DNA of 46,314 bases from Reclinomonas americana ATCC 50394 (GCA_048213135.1 PS015186.1:128591-174904), one strand, 5' to 3'. Positions 25,917-38,484 are shown, counted from the stretch's first letter. Made by a program: numbers and translations. The notes: a model not told the origin generated them from the letters alone.

Positions 25917-27512
25917 ATGCACGCCAAGCTCACCACCATTTCACTGCTCGTCGCGCTTGTCGCCCTCATCCTCGTCTGCTGCAGCTCCGCTCTCCATGTC
26001 GACGCTCGCCGCATGACGCGCGATGAGGTGGTGCAAGTCGTCCGGGATCTCGACTGTGCGTGATTGTCTTCTTCCTCCCTGCTGTATCCAATCAATTTTC
26101 CATTTCGTCCTCATCGTGTGACCATTGCCAGCGCTCGGCTTCTTTGAGACGGATGATGACGATGGAGCAGTGATTACGACGTTGCCTTCGTTCAACGTGG
26201 CCGCCAACAAGAACGAAAATTACTACTCGTCGACTGTCACGGCCGACATTGACGACCCGACTCACGAGGGCCCGAATACGGTGGTGAGTGGTGAAAAAAT
26301 GCTGAAGTGGGCACACACAGTGTGTGGTGTGTTGGTATTTAGGCGACATTTCGAGCAGAACAATCACTTTGTTTGTTCCCCACCCTCCCTTCCCCTTCTT
26401 GTTGCCTTTCTTCTGGTTCTCCAGTCACACATGCCGTTCCTCTTATTTTCCCCCACCCTCCCTTGCTCTTCTTCCATCTTCTGGTTGTTCACACTCTCTG
26501 TCTTTCTTCTCGCGATCGTATGCTCCAGTCACACATGCCTTTCCTCTTATTATTCCCCACCCTCCCTTGCCCTTCCATTTTCTGCTTGTTCACACGTGCA
26601 CTCTCTGTCTTTCCTCTCTTGTGCTCCAGTCACCCATGCCATTCCCCGCTCTCCCTTCCCCTTCTTCCATTTTCTGGTTGTTCACACTCTGTCTTTCTTC
26701 TCGTATGCTCCAGTCACACATGCCGTTCCCCACCCTCCCCTCCCCCTCTTCCATGTTCTGGTTGTTCACATTCTGTCGTTCTTCTCGTATGCTCCAGTCA
26801 CACACATGCCATTCCCCGCTCTCCCTTCCCCCTCTTCCATTTTCTGGTTGTTCACATTCTGTCGTTCTTCTCGTACTCCTCCAGTCACATGCCGTTCCCC
26901 ACCCTCCCCTCCCTTCTTCCGTTTTCTGCTTGTTCACATTCTGTCTTGCTTCTCGTATGAACCAGTCACACATGCCGTTCCTCTTATTATCCTTTCCCTC
27001 CTTTCGGTTTCTGCGTGTTGGCACAGTCTCTGTCTTTCTTCTCGTTCTCCTCCAGTCACACACACACACACACACATGCCGTTCCTCTTATTATGTGGTC
27101 GTGTTCCCCGCCCTTCCCTTCCCCTTCTTTGCAGGGCTATCAATCGTGGAAGATCCAAGTCCGCCGCTTGAAGTCATCTCCGAATCAGATAGATATTCAG
27201 TGGTTCGTGCCGGAAAAAGCGTCTACTTATTTCGCGTGTCTCATGACGTGTGTGTCGTCGCGTGCATGCAGGGGTACCGCACCCGACTCCGGTTTCAGTG
27301 TTCGTCGAATCACCATCAAGAAGGCAGACTTCCTCAACTGGCGCTCCATTTGGGACGATCTGAATGCTGACAACAAAGGCGTGATCAATTTTGAATTCCC
27401 GAGTGGCAATGCCACGTTGCGTTTGCGTTTATATTCGTGCCGCCACGAGTCGCAGGGTGCAGTGGGCCTGACTGTTTTCGTGCAGCGAGCAAGCGAAGCT
27501 GAAGAACATTGA
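25917..27512 (+). CDS. Secreted protein of unknown function, 199 aa. Exons 25917-26055, 26132-26283, 27135-27202, 27272-27512
   Basis: Signal peptide MHAKLTTISLLVALVALILVCCSSALHVDA. Donors are GTGCGT, GTGAGT and GTTCGT with CAG acceptors. The exons sum to 600 nt in one frame. The third intron (69 nt) is in frame and could be retained. Confidence 0.7.
26380..27125 (+). repeat. Intronic minisatellite, ~80-120 bp degenerate units
   Basis: Recurring ctccagtcacacatgcc...ccctcccttccc...ttctggttgttcacactctgtc..tcttctcgtatg, about 8-9 copies, inside intron 2 of the secreted-protein gene. Confidence 0.85.
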
Positions 27513-28097
27513 CTACAGCGGGTTGAAAGCCCGAATTCGCGAGGCCATGGCGTTTGTGCCGTCTGCTTGACCGGGCAATGCCGAGGGCAGCAATGGCTGG
27601 ATGGAATGAAGGTCCATAACGATTCATACTAAACTCCACCACTGCACGAGAGGGAGAGGGAGAGAGGGAGAGGGAGATGCCAGTATGATAGATGCCCGAG
27701 CAATGCATGTGTGATATGCACATGATCACCACTGCATGAAAGAGAGAGAGGGAGAGAGAGGGAAGAGAGGGAGAATGAGGGAGAGAGGGAGAGGAAGATG
27801 CGCGTCGAGACAGGCGCGCATGCAGTCGGCGCAAACAGCGGAAGCAGGAGGTGGTGCGCGACAGGCCAGGCACAAACCGTGTGCATCAGACACTCGACTG
27901 GTTCGAACAGACCTGCAGCTGCCCTCAAGACAGGTGTTTTGTGCTGATGTTTTGAACTCCTTCCGGTCTCTCGACCTACTCTTCGAACTGCACCGTCGAC
28001 CTGCACCCTCCCAGTGCTTCTCTCTCCTCTCCTCCATCTGTTCCCCCTCCCCGCGCACCTCATCACTCCATAACTTTACCACGTATCTCACACACAC

Positions 28098-31000
28098 TCA
28101 CTTTCCCGCTGCTCGCGCCCGCGTCGGTGACCTCGACTGCGCAGAGCCGCCTCGCGTCGCCGATTGCGGCCTGCTTCCTCCCCGTGCCTTGGGCGTGGTG
28201 CTGGCCGCCGTTGCCGCCTTGGGTGTGGTGGGCGTGGCCGGCTTGTACGCCTTGCGCTTCGTCGGCTTGTCGACCAACACCGGCTCGCACTTCACAACCA
28301 CCCGCGTTGTCGGCGAGGGAATTGGTCCGATCGCATCCGTCTCTCCCTCGTCGCCTCCAGCTGCTGTCGCCGCCGCCGATGCCACCGGCAGTGGTGGAAC
28401 GGCCACCGGCTCTGCATCCTCCTTCTGCTTCTGCTTCTTCTCGTGCTGCTGCTGTTGCTGCTGCTTGGCCTCCGCTCTCCGCTTCTTCACCATCAACAAC
28501 ACCTCCTCGTAGGTGCTCTTGGGTGGCGCGGCGGCTGGATCGTGGCGGCCCTTGCGCTGCTGCTGCTGCTGCTGAACGCCGTCGGGGGTTCGGCGTCCGC
28601 GGTCCGACGGAGCCGCCCGCACGGCATCTGGTCGCGAAAACACCCCGTGACCGGGCTTGCACTTGAAATACTGGCGACCGTCGACGGCGCCGTCGTTCTT
28701 GCCCTCGGCCGTCTCCAACTCGATGCCGACCCACACACCCGACGCAAAATCGGTCTCGCCCACAAAGCGCACACGACCAAACAACTCCTTGTTGCCGACG
28801 GCCACTCGCTCACCGACGCGCGGCACACGAGCCGATGGGTACGGCGACGTCGCACCGCCCTGTCGGCGAGCCGCCGAGGCCGCACTGCCAGTTCCACTGT
28901 TCTCCGACGTGGTGCCGTCGCGGTGGCGCGAAGCGGAGCGGGTGCGCTGGTCGTCGGCGTCGTCGGTACTGCGGCCGCGAGAGCGCGGCCGTGATCGACT
29001 GGAGGAGCGTGGCTCCCACGGCTTGGGTGTGGTCGCCAGCTGTGGGGTGCGCGGCGGCGAGCCGGTGATGATGGTGGCGTTGGCGGGAATGAGGGTGGTA
29101 ATCTCCTCCTCCTCCTCCTCCTCTTCCTCCTGCCCCGCCACCGCCGTCTCCGCGGCTGCAGTCGCGCGGTCGGGGGTCGTGCTGCGCGTGCGTTGCGATG
29201 CCCGCAACGGCGACGCCACCACGGTCTTGTGGTACGCGGAGCGTGTGGTGGACAGTGGTGAATCGAGTGCCGACTGCGAAGGCGGGGAGCGCGAGCGGTT
29301 GCCCTTTTGCTGCTGGTGCGAGCGGAGTGGGTCGAAGCGGCGAACGGCGCGATTGATGAGGCTGTATTTTCTGGCGTGTGTCCACTCGGCGCACTGGCGG
29401 AGGAGTTGTTCCTGAAGGAGGGGAGAATAAGGGGAAGGGGAATAAGGGGAAGGGGGAAAGTGGAAAGGGGGAAAAGGGGAAGGGGAAGGGGAAGGGGAAG
29501 TGAGCGAGGAATAAATGGGACTGAGGGACAAGGAGTACAGCGAGAGAGACATGGAGCACAGCGAGAGAGACATGGAGCACAGCGAGAGAGACATGGAGCA
29601 CAGCGAGAGAGACATGGAGCACAGCGAGAGAGACATGGAGCACAGCGAGAGAGACATGGAGCACAGCGAGAGAGACGTGGAGCACAGCGAGAGAGACGTG
29701 GAGCACAGCGAGAGAGACGTGGAGCACAGCGAGAGAGACGGAGCACGGCGAGAAGAAGGGGCATTGCGAGAGCGCAGGGAGCACAGTGAGAGACGGGAGC
29801 AACGTAAGAGACACAGAGCACAGCGAGAGCATGTAGCACAAAAAGAGACGCCCTTTGACAGAAAATCCATGCACAAACCATCTCTCGCACATGCTGCGCA
29901 AGTTCTCGGTCGGAATCTGTGCTCTTGGCGTCGTCGTCTTGATCTGTCGCATCCGCGCCACCGTATCCAATCGAGAAGGCGTGTGTCAGGGGCATGCGAT
30001 CGACGTCGTCTGCGTAGCGCAACAGAAGCACATTCAGACAATGACGAGAGCTTTGGATTCGTGAATGCCTTTGACATACAAACCTTCTCTCCTCGACGCA
30101 TCACCATGCATAAAACTCTGGCGCTCCGACTCTGTGACAGATCCGTCAGTCAACACGCATTCCACTCACTACCTCGCCTCAACAACGACGCACCTCGCGC
30201 CGCCGCTGCCTTCAAAGCCAAACCCTCCACGTCGACGCCACGCGGTCCGTCTGATCGGTCGACAAAACGACGCACCGATGCCAAGCGCAGCTCAATGACG
30301 GCCAGTTTGGAGATGGCGTTCTTCATCTTGCGCTTCTCCTCGGCCACACTCAACTCCAGCCACCCGACTTGCTCGGTGGCGCGGGCCCACGTGTACAAGT
30401 TCATGGCCGCGGGGCATTGGCGCTTGATGGTCTGCGCACAGAGTGAGAAAATGATGATTCGAAAGGAGCGATTGATCACCAAAGTCGTCATCACCGTCAC
30501 ATCCAGTCCGTCTTGATTAAAGAACGCCGAGACCGCGTTGAGGTCTCGCTCGGTGAGAGTGAGCGCGTCAAACTCCTCCAGCTGCGGCCACAGCGAGTCG
30601 AGATCGCTAAGAGAGTGCTTGATGTCGTCGTCGGAGATTGAGGGGCGACGGAGCAGCGAAAAGACGGCGTACATGAGCACAGTGAGGCAGTGCGGGAGGT
30701 CGGCGGTGTCGCTGCGCGAGGCCAGAGTGCGGAGATCGAGCATGTCGTCGTAGGAGAGGCAGTCGGCATCCTGCGGAAACGGGGATGAGGAAAGAGAGGG
30801 ATGGGGTGTTGAGGAAAGCAGTGATCGCTCAATACCTGCTTTGCCTCGGCCAGCGCTTGCGAGTGTGCCTGGAGTGAGCGATCGGCCACGCGGCGTTCGG
30901 CTTCTGCGCGGGCACGAAGGTGTTCCAGTTCGTCGGCAATGTGGCGAACGCGATCGGCGGGCTGTGGAGGGCGAAGGAGAAGGGGAAGTGAGCGGGAAGG

Positions 31001-31605
31001 GAGGGGGAAGGGAGGGGAAGGAGTGGCGGAGGTGAGTGGGAGAAGGAGTGGGGGAGTGGGAAGGGGAATGAGGGAGGGAGAAGGGAGTGAGTGGGGGAAG
31101 GAGGGCGGCGAGAGAGTCGAAGGGATATCGCTACAAATCGCTGCCTCCTTTGCCTGATCGCTTCCTCGTCACTCTCTCCCGGATAAACGATAAGGTGACG
31201 GATAAGGAGAGCAACGGCGAAGGATATGGCGAAGGAGGCGGAGGATAAGGCCTTGCCTTTGAACGCCTGAGTCGTTCTCTCTCAATCTCTCATGCATCTC
31301 TTCTCTCTCCATCATTCATTACTTCTGCTCTCCTCGACTCTCCCTGCTCTCTCCTCTGCTGCCCTCTCTCTCTCCTCTCCTCTCTCTCTCTCTTCCTTCC
31401 TCTCTCTCTCTTCCTCCTCTCTCTCTCTCTCTCTCCCACTAACCATCTTCTCAAACTCTCGCGGATGAATCGACATGAGCTCCTCATCAGACAGACTCTG
31501 CTCCTGTTGTTGTTGTTGCTGCTGAACAATGCGCTCGAGAGAGACATTGGCGACGGCTGCGTTGGAGCCGACGATTCCCGACGAGTAAACCCGACGCGGA
31601 AGCAT
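28098..31605 (-). CDS. CAP-Gly domain protein with an N-terminal dynein-stalk/MTBD-like domain. Exons approx. 31605-31444, 30961-30836, 30770-30495, 30431-30173, 30131-30084, 30009-29879, 29411-28098; the 3' end may continue
   Basis: CAP-Gly VGERVAV..GRVRFVGETDFASGVWVGIELETAEGKNDGAVDGRQYFKCKPGHGVF (~28620-28825) with an intact GKNDG. The upstream exons join in phase; the 41-nt intron 30132-30172 is the weakest junction. The tail is rich in Ser/Pro/Arg/Lys. Confidence 0.8.
29533..29746. repeat. Intronic 21-bp tandem repeat (GGAGCACAGCGAGAGAGACAT), ~10 copies
   Basis: Directly visible; lies in the intron between 29412 and 29878. Confidence 0.95.
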
Positions 31606-32384
31606 TCTCTCTGAGAGCGACAGTGTGTGCGAGAGAGTGTGTGTGTGTGTGTGTGTGTGAGTTGAGCGTGTGCTGTGTGGGAAGAGTGAGGGAGAGAGTC
31701 ACCTCACAAGCACAAACACGACAAACAAGAAATCTTGCGCGGCTCTCAATCGTGTCCGAAAACTCGGATACTGGATCGACAAAACCATGCATCGACACTA
31801 CACGACAACAACAACAACAACAGCAGCTTTACTAATCCAAACAGCATGATGATCACCCTCTTGAGTGAGCACCAGAAACTCAGACATCACGGAAAAAGCG
31901 AGAAAAAATCGAGATGGCTAATGCTGGCGTTTCTGCAAGAGAAACCACGGTTCATGACAAGCATGATCACGGGCATGGACCTTGACTGTAGCCAGAGGAG
32001 CTTCTGTGCGTATGAGCTTGAGCTCGGAATTCGCAGCGAACAGTTGAATTTAAAGAAAAAAACAGTGACCTGCAGAATGATCACCACCGTAGAGTACCGA
32101 CCAGGTATACCTAGGTGGCTTGCTCTCCGAAGAGAGGAAGCCAACAGAAGCGAACCGAAAGGAGAGGACACAATCGTTAGGGTGTCCTCGACTGAGTGTT
32201 CGCAACTCTCCTCTCACGTATTGGAGCAGCTTCCGCGCGCGCTGCGGTACGAACGCGGCACGGCCGCGAACAGCAACAACTATACAGCTGCAACAACAAC
32301 AACAAATTCATTTACTAACAAACAAGCAACAGCTGCATGATGATCATTATCTCGAAAGCACGGCTTCCTTTTTGCCACCACTCT

Positions 32385-32685
32385 TTTCTTGCATCTCGGA
32401 CCCGCACCGGCTTTGCTTGGTTTGCCTGGCTTATGGCCTTTCCCGAATTCGATGGGCCGTGTACGATCGCAGAAAACGCTATGCGTCTATTCAAGTGCGT
32501 CAAATCCACTGGTCAACCGCGCTGACGCGGTGAAGATCGCAGTTCTCGGCTTGTTCGGAGCTCCGAGAGCGAACACACCAACTCAGGAGAAAACCTGCTG
32601 CTGCCTCGATATTTTGAACATGGGTGAACTTGGTCATCAGGACCAGCTTTTGCTTGTTTGTTGGTGAATGAATTGTTGTTGCTTG
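32385..32685. repeat. Dispersed ~300 bp non-coding repeat, copy 2
   Basis: Direct-orientation match to 25130-25750, without the CA expansion. Confidence 0.85.
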
Positions 32686-33086
32686 TTTCAATTGTTGTTG
32701 TTGTGGTCGTCATGCCTGCAAGCCACTTGGATTCTTTCCACTCGAGAAACGATGCGCACGTGCTCAATCATGTTCACTTCGCAGTCGTGGAGAGAGAGAG
32801 AGANNNNNNNNNNNNNNNNNNNNNNNNNNNNNNNNNNNNNNNNNNNNNNNNNNNNNNNNNNNNNNNNNNNNNNNNNNNNNNNNNNNNNNNNNNNNNNNNN
32901 NNNNNNNNNNNNNNNNNNNNNNNNNNNNNNNNNNNNNNNNNNNNNNNNNNNNNNNNNNNNNNNNNNNNNNNNNNNNNNNNNNNNNNNNNNNNNNNNNNNN
33001 NNNNNNNNNNNNNNNNNNNNNNNNNNNNNNNNNNNNNNNNNNNNNNNNNNNNNNNNNNNNNNNNNNNNNNNNNNNNNNNNNNNNNN

Positions 33087-33089
<3 letters not shown>

Positions 33090-33130
<41 letters not shown>

Positions 33131-36100
33131 ACGCCCTTGAACTGGAAGTGGATGAAAAAAAAGGAGAGTAACGTGGACAGAGTGGGAAGAGCGCGAGAAC
33201 CAAGCATGGACGCCTGCGAATTCTCCTCTCGCCACAAAAGATCAGCACGAAAACAGATACAGCAAATCCGCAGTAGCCGCAACCTTGGTGCCGGCAGTGT
33301 TGGAGGCCATCGAAGTCCACGCGCGACTGGAGTCACGAGCGGTCCACGTCACACCAGAGTCGGTGGAGGTGTAGATCTGACCGCCGTTCACAGCAGCCAC
33401 CAGCTTGACGCCGTCACCACTGGACGTCACGGCCGACCAACCGCGATTTGAATCACGCGGCGTCCACGTCACACCCGAGTCGGAGGAGGTGTAGATCTGG
33501 CCGCCTTGCACAAAAGTCACCAGCTTGGTACCGTCACTGCTGGAGGCCACTCCACGCCAGTTGCGGCTAGAATCACGTGGCGTCCACGTCACGCCAGAGT
33601 CTGTGGAGGTGTAGATCTGGCCACTTGGTACGGCAGCCACCAGCTTGGTGCCGTCACTGCTGGAGGCCACTGCCCACCAGCCACGACTGGAATCACGTGG
33701 CGTCCACGTCACGCCCGAGTTGGTGGAGGTGTAGATCTGGCCACCAGGAACCGCAGCCACCAATTTGGTGCCATCGCTGCTGGAGGCCACCGATCGCCAG
33801 TCACGACTGGAATCACGCGGCGTCCACGTCACGCCCGAATCAGCAGAGGTGTAGATCTGGCCGCTGAACACACCAGCCACCAGCTTGGTGCCGTCACTGC
33901 TCGAGGTCACTGATAGCCAGTTGCGACTGATCTCACGAGCCACCCACGTCACGCCAAAGTCAGCGGTGGTGTACATTTGACCACCGACCACAGCCAGCAG
34001 CTTCGATCCGTCACTGTTGGAGGTCACTTTTTGCCAGCTCGCGGTCGCCTGCACTCCCTGGGACAACGCAGTCCACGTCGCGCCAGAGTCAGCGGAGATG
34101 TAGATCTGACCTATAGCCACCATAGCCACCAGTTTGGTGCCGTCACTGCTGGAGGTCACCGCACTCCACTGGCGAGTGGAATCACGAGGCGTCCACGTCA
34201 CACCCGAGTCGGTGGATGTGTAGAGCTGGCCTGAACTCACAGCCGCCACTGGAGGTCACTGAAATCCAGACGCGACTGGAATCACGAGGCGTCCACGTAA
34301 CACCGGAGTCGGTGGAGGTGTAGATCTGACCGAGTTGCGCCACAGCCATAAGCTTGGTGCCGTCACTGCTTGAGGCCACCGAGTACCAGTTACGACTAGA
34401 ATCACGAGGCGTCCACGTTACACCAGAGTCGGTGGAGGTGTAGATCCGACCGCTAACCACGGCCGCCACCAGCTTGGCGCCGTCGCTGCTGGAGGCCACG
34501 GAGGTCCAGTTGCGACTGGAATCGCGAGCAGTCCATGTCACACCAGAGTCGGTGGAGGTGTAAAGCTGGCCACCCTGGAACGCCGCCACCAGCTTGCTGC
34601 CGTCACTGCTGGAGGCCACAGAATACCAATTGCGACTGGAGTCACGAGCTGTCCACGACACGCCCGAGTCAGCAGAGGTGTAAATCTGATCATTTTGCGT
34701 CACTGCCACGAGCTTCGTGCCGTCACTGCTAGAGGCAACCCCACGCCACTGGCGATTGGAATCACGAGCGATCCATGTCACGCCCGAGTTCGTCGAAGTG
34801 AAGATCTGACCATTACTCACAACAGCCACTAGCTTGGTGCCGTCACTGCTGGAGGCCACTGAAAACCAGTTGCCAGCGAATCCAAGAGTACTGCTGACCG
34901 TGCAGGCCGAGCTGGCGCACGCGGATCCTGTGCATGACCACAAGTCAGCATTCACGAACCGCAAATATCATAAACACCCATAACTCACCAGTCCATGGAC
35001 TTGTACAGAGACATGTGCCATTAGCGTTACAGGTTCCGTTGCCAGAGCACGTGGCAGTGGGGCTGCAGTTGCAGCTGGCATTGGTGTAGTCGCCAGTGCA
35101 CAGACACGTGCCATCAGTCTTGCACGTTCCGTTGCCAGAGCAGGTGATGCTTGGACTGCAGTTGCAGTTGGCATTGGTGTAGTCACCCATGCACAGACAC
35201 GTGCCGTCAGATTTGCACGTTCCGTGACCGGAGCATGAGACAGAGGGACTGCAGTTGCAGCTGGCGTTGACGTAGTCGCCCGTGCACTGGCACGTGCCGT
35301 CTGGGTTGCATGTTCCGTGACTGGAGCAGGTGGTGGCCGCCACACAGTTTGAAGTCACAATACTACTACACCCCGCACCGGTGAAATCAGCGCTGCACTG
35401 GCATGTACCGTCAGTCTTGCACGTGCCGTTGCCCGAGCACGTCGTGTCGGCCACGCAGTTCACGTTGCACGACGCCCCGTAATTGTCAGCGTCACACTGG
35501 CACGAACCGTCAGTCTTGCACGTTCCGTGACTGGAGCAGGTGATGGAGGGACTGCAGTTGCAATCGCTGTTGGTGTAGTCGCCCGAGCACGTGCATGACC
35601 CGTCGTTGTTCAGCGTGCCGTGGCCCGAGCACGGAGCGCACGTGCTGACATCCAGCGTGTAGATCTGACCCTCGTACACACCCGCCACCACCTTGGTGCC
35701 GTCGGCGTTGGAGGCCACAGCAAACCAGTTGCGACTCGAGTCGCGCGCCGACCACGACACACCCGAGTCGCTCGACGTGTAGATCTTGTCGTGGCCGACC
35801 ACAGCCACCAGCTTCGTACCGTCGCTGCTCGAGGCCACCGATCGCCACAACCGCGCCGACTCGCGTGCCGTCCACGTCGCACCGGAATCAATGGAGGTGT
35901 AGATCTGGCCACCGTGAGTGACGGCCACCAGCTTTGTACCGTCGCTGCTGGAGGCCACACCGACCCACGGTCGACTGGAGTCGCGGGCCGTCCATGTCGC
36001 GCCGGAATCGGTGGAGGTGTAAATCTGGCCACCGTTCACCGCCGCCACCAACTTGGCGCCGTCGCCACTGGAGGCCACGGCAACCCACTGACGATGAGAG

Positions 36101-38484
36101 TCCCGCGGCGTCCACGTCGCACCAGAGTCGGTGGACGTGTAGATCGAGTCACCCACGGCCGCAGCCACCAGCTTGGTGCCATCGTCACTGGAGGCCACCG
36201 CCGACCACGCTTGCACTGTAGCGCGTGGCGTCCACGACGCGCCTGAATCGGTGGAGGTGTAGATCTGACCGCCACAGTACACGCAGGCCGCCAACTTGGT
36301 GCCGTCGCTGCTGGAGGCCACGCTGACCCAGTATCGGTTCGTATCGCGCGGCGTCCAAGTCGCACCCGAGTCGGTGGAGGTGTAGATACGGCCGAATTCG
36401 ACCACGGCCGCCAGCTTGGTGCCGTCGGCGTTGGAGGCGACCGACCACCAAATGCGTTTCGACTCATGGGGAACAGCCGTGTCGTCGGTATCCATGGGTA
36501 GTGCGTGCTCCCGGCGACTGCGATGTGCGTCGTGGTGTGCTGTTTTGTGGCGCAAGTGGCGAGTTGACCACCTGCAATGGCTATCAGTGGCCATGACCAG
36601 TCAGACAACTTGGAGTATGAAAAGACACAATGCTTGCTCATCGCCACAAACAACGCAACTGCCATTGACTTGCGAGACGTGGACGGGGACATGCACCGAT
36701 GCCGCAGTGGGCATGGCCATGGTAACCACCAGCACCAGCAGCACCATCAAGGCGACAGACACACTTGTCCATGACATCGGTATCTTGACTGCCTTCAATC
36801 TCATTGTTGAGTGTTTCTTGCGCCAGGTACTGTAGAAACACACGAGCACAAGCAGGCGAGTGAGAAACAAACAACGCGCAAAACCGAGGGACGCGTTGTC
36901 ATGGAGATGACGCGCGGGAGACATGTACAACACTCAAGAACTGTGCCCCCTTCTCGACGGAATTCAGAAGGAGGATGAAGTGCACAGGGAGGGAAAGAGG
37001 GAGAGCGAGAGAGAGAGAAGGGGACAGGGAGGGAAAGGGAGAGGTACAACGACAACAAGAAGGACAACGAGAAAAAAGGGAACAAGAAGAAGAAGAAGAA
37101 GTAGGAGGCGGAAGAGGCAGCGCATGAGCAAGAGTGAGCGTGTCTCTCTGCATGTGCTCCATACAGCACGTGTGCAGTTGTAAACAGCGCGCGAAAGTGG
37201 TGGAATGTTGCGTATGTTCGAGATCGATGAGCAGCGTTGTTTGATATTGTTGTGCTCCTCACCGATAATGCAGAACAGACTCGTGTGCTCTGAGTGGCGG
37301 AGAAGAACAGAAGAAATGAGGTGGCAAGCGAGTTGTGAGTGCGCACACGCGAGAGGTGAAGAAATGAAAAGACGAAGCTCACCAAAAGGCACCCCGCACA
37401 CGCTCCGCCCACCATCCTTTGACACGGGGTCGCGGCCACCAATATGAAGGAGGACGGCTCTGGCCCACGCAGGCATCACCTCCAGACGACGCCACAGTTG
37501 CCGATATCGCTGCGAAACAAAATGATGGTTATTTCACACTTCCGAGAAGACCACTGCAACTGCAACGCCCAAAAGCCAGTCCCTCACCGGGAGCGAAAAA
37601 GTAACGGCATGTTGACATCACCCAGGAATGCTCAGTGCTCTGTGGAGCAAACAAGGTGACATGAGACTGCTCTTGGCGTTCAGGTTCATCTCACTCACAC
37701 GCCAAAATGTTGATCTTGCGCTGCGCAGTGGGCGAATCTGCATTCGCCTCCTCGTACCTGTCATGTTAACCTCGAAGCAGAGGTCTGTGCAGAGACTCAT
37801 CAGTGAAACAAAAACATCGCATCAATACAACAACTACTGATCACCAAAAATATTCAAAAACACAACCCAAGATGACCAAAAAGAACCCCGTCAACCCTTT
37901 TCTTCACACTCACCTTCCTCGAATGACTAAGCGCTGCGCCCGCGTGGTGGCCAGGAGTCAAAGATCCACATCGCGTGGCAAGCGTTGGGTGAATTCATGA
38001 AAGTCACATAAATGATGAATCTATCGCATTGGCAAGTGGAACGTGAGGCAGGGTGTATCGCTTGTTGCAGGCTGTGGGAGTCAGATGTTGCCCGCAGCAG
38101 AGTCACAAACAAGCACAAAAAGAAAGTTGCAAAGAAGATGAGTGCCCACAAGAACCCAGCGGACAATGACCAAAGAGTACACAACACCGTGAGGCAGCGG
38201 CGTGGATCAAGGCCCTCGTGGCTCAAGAGGCTCCCTGAGTGCGACGCTGCGTGTGATGGAAGCCATGCAACAGACGGCAGCGGCGGGTGTGAGTCTGTCC
38301 GTGGTCAAACAGCCACGCAAGCGCAGAGCAAGCAGAGCCACATCCGGTTATTGAAGCCCGACGACGCTGTGCACCGCCTTGAGTCACAAAACAACAAGTA
38401 TGTCTGAGACAGCAGCTTGTTAGCTCGCTCCACACACACCTTCTCAGTGACGAACATACAGCAGAACAAAGGGAAGCGATGCAT

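Noticed and set aside
25934-26014. Minus-strand mini-exon (MRRASTWRAELQQ...|GTGAGC) as the SMG1 first exon
   Set aside because: It overlaps the much more convincing signal-peptide exon on the + strand, and a nearer candidate exists at 24691-24756.
29533-29746. 21-bp array as a CRISPR array or a coding heptad repeat (EHSERDM)n
   Set aside because: There are no unique spacers, and the array lies inside an intron of the minus-strand gene; it is a plain minisatellite.
31735-32340. 201-aa + strand ORF
   Set aside because: It has a non-ATG start, no recognisable motif, includes CAA microsatellites and has no supporting splice structure, so it cannot be supported.
32536-32560. ATCGCAGTTCTCGGCTTGTTCGG resembling the U2 snRNA 5' end
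   Set aside because: The similarity is short, and no GTAGTA branch-pairing sequence or Sm site follows.
36601-36603. In-frame TGA between two same-frame ORFs as selenocysteine or readthrough
   Set aside because: It arises from a 2-nt indel relative to copy B and falls within the inferred first intron.
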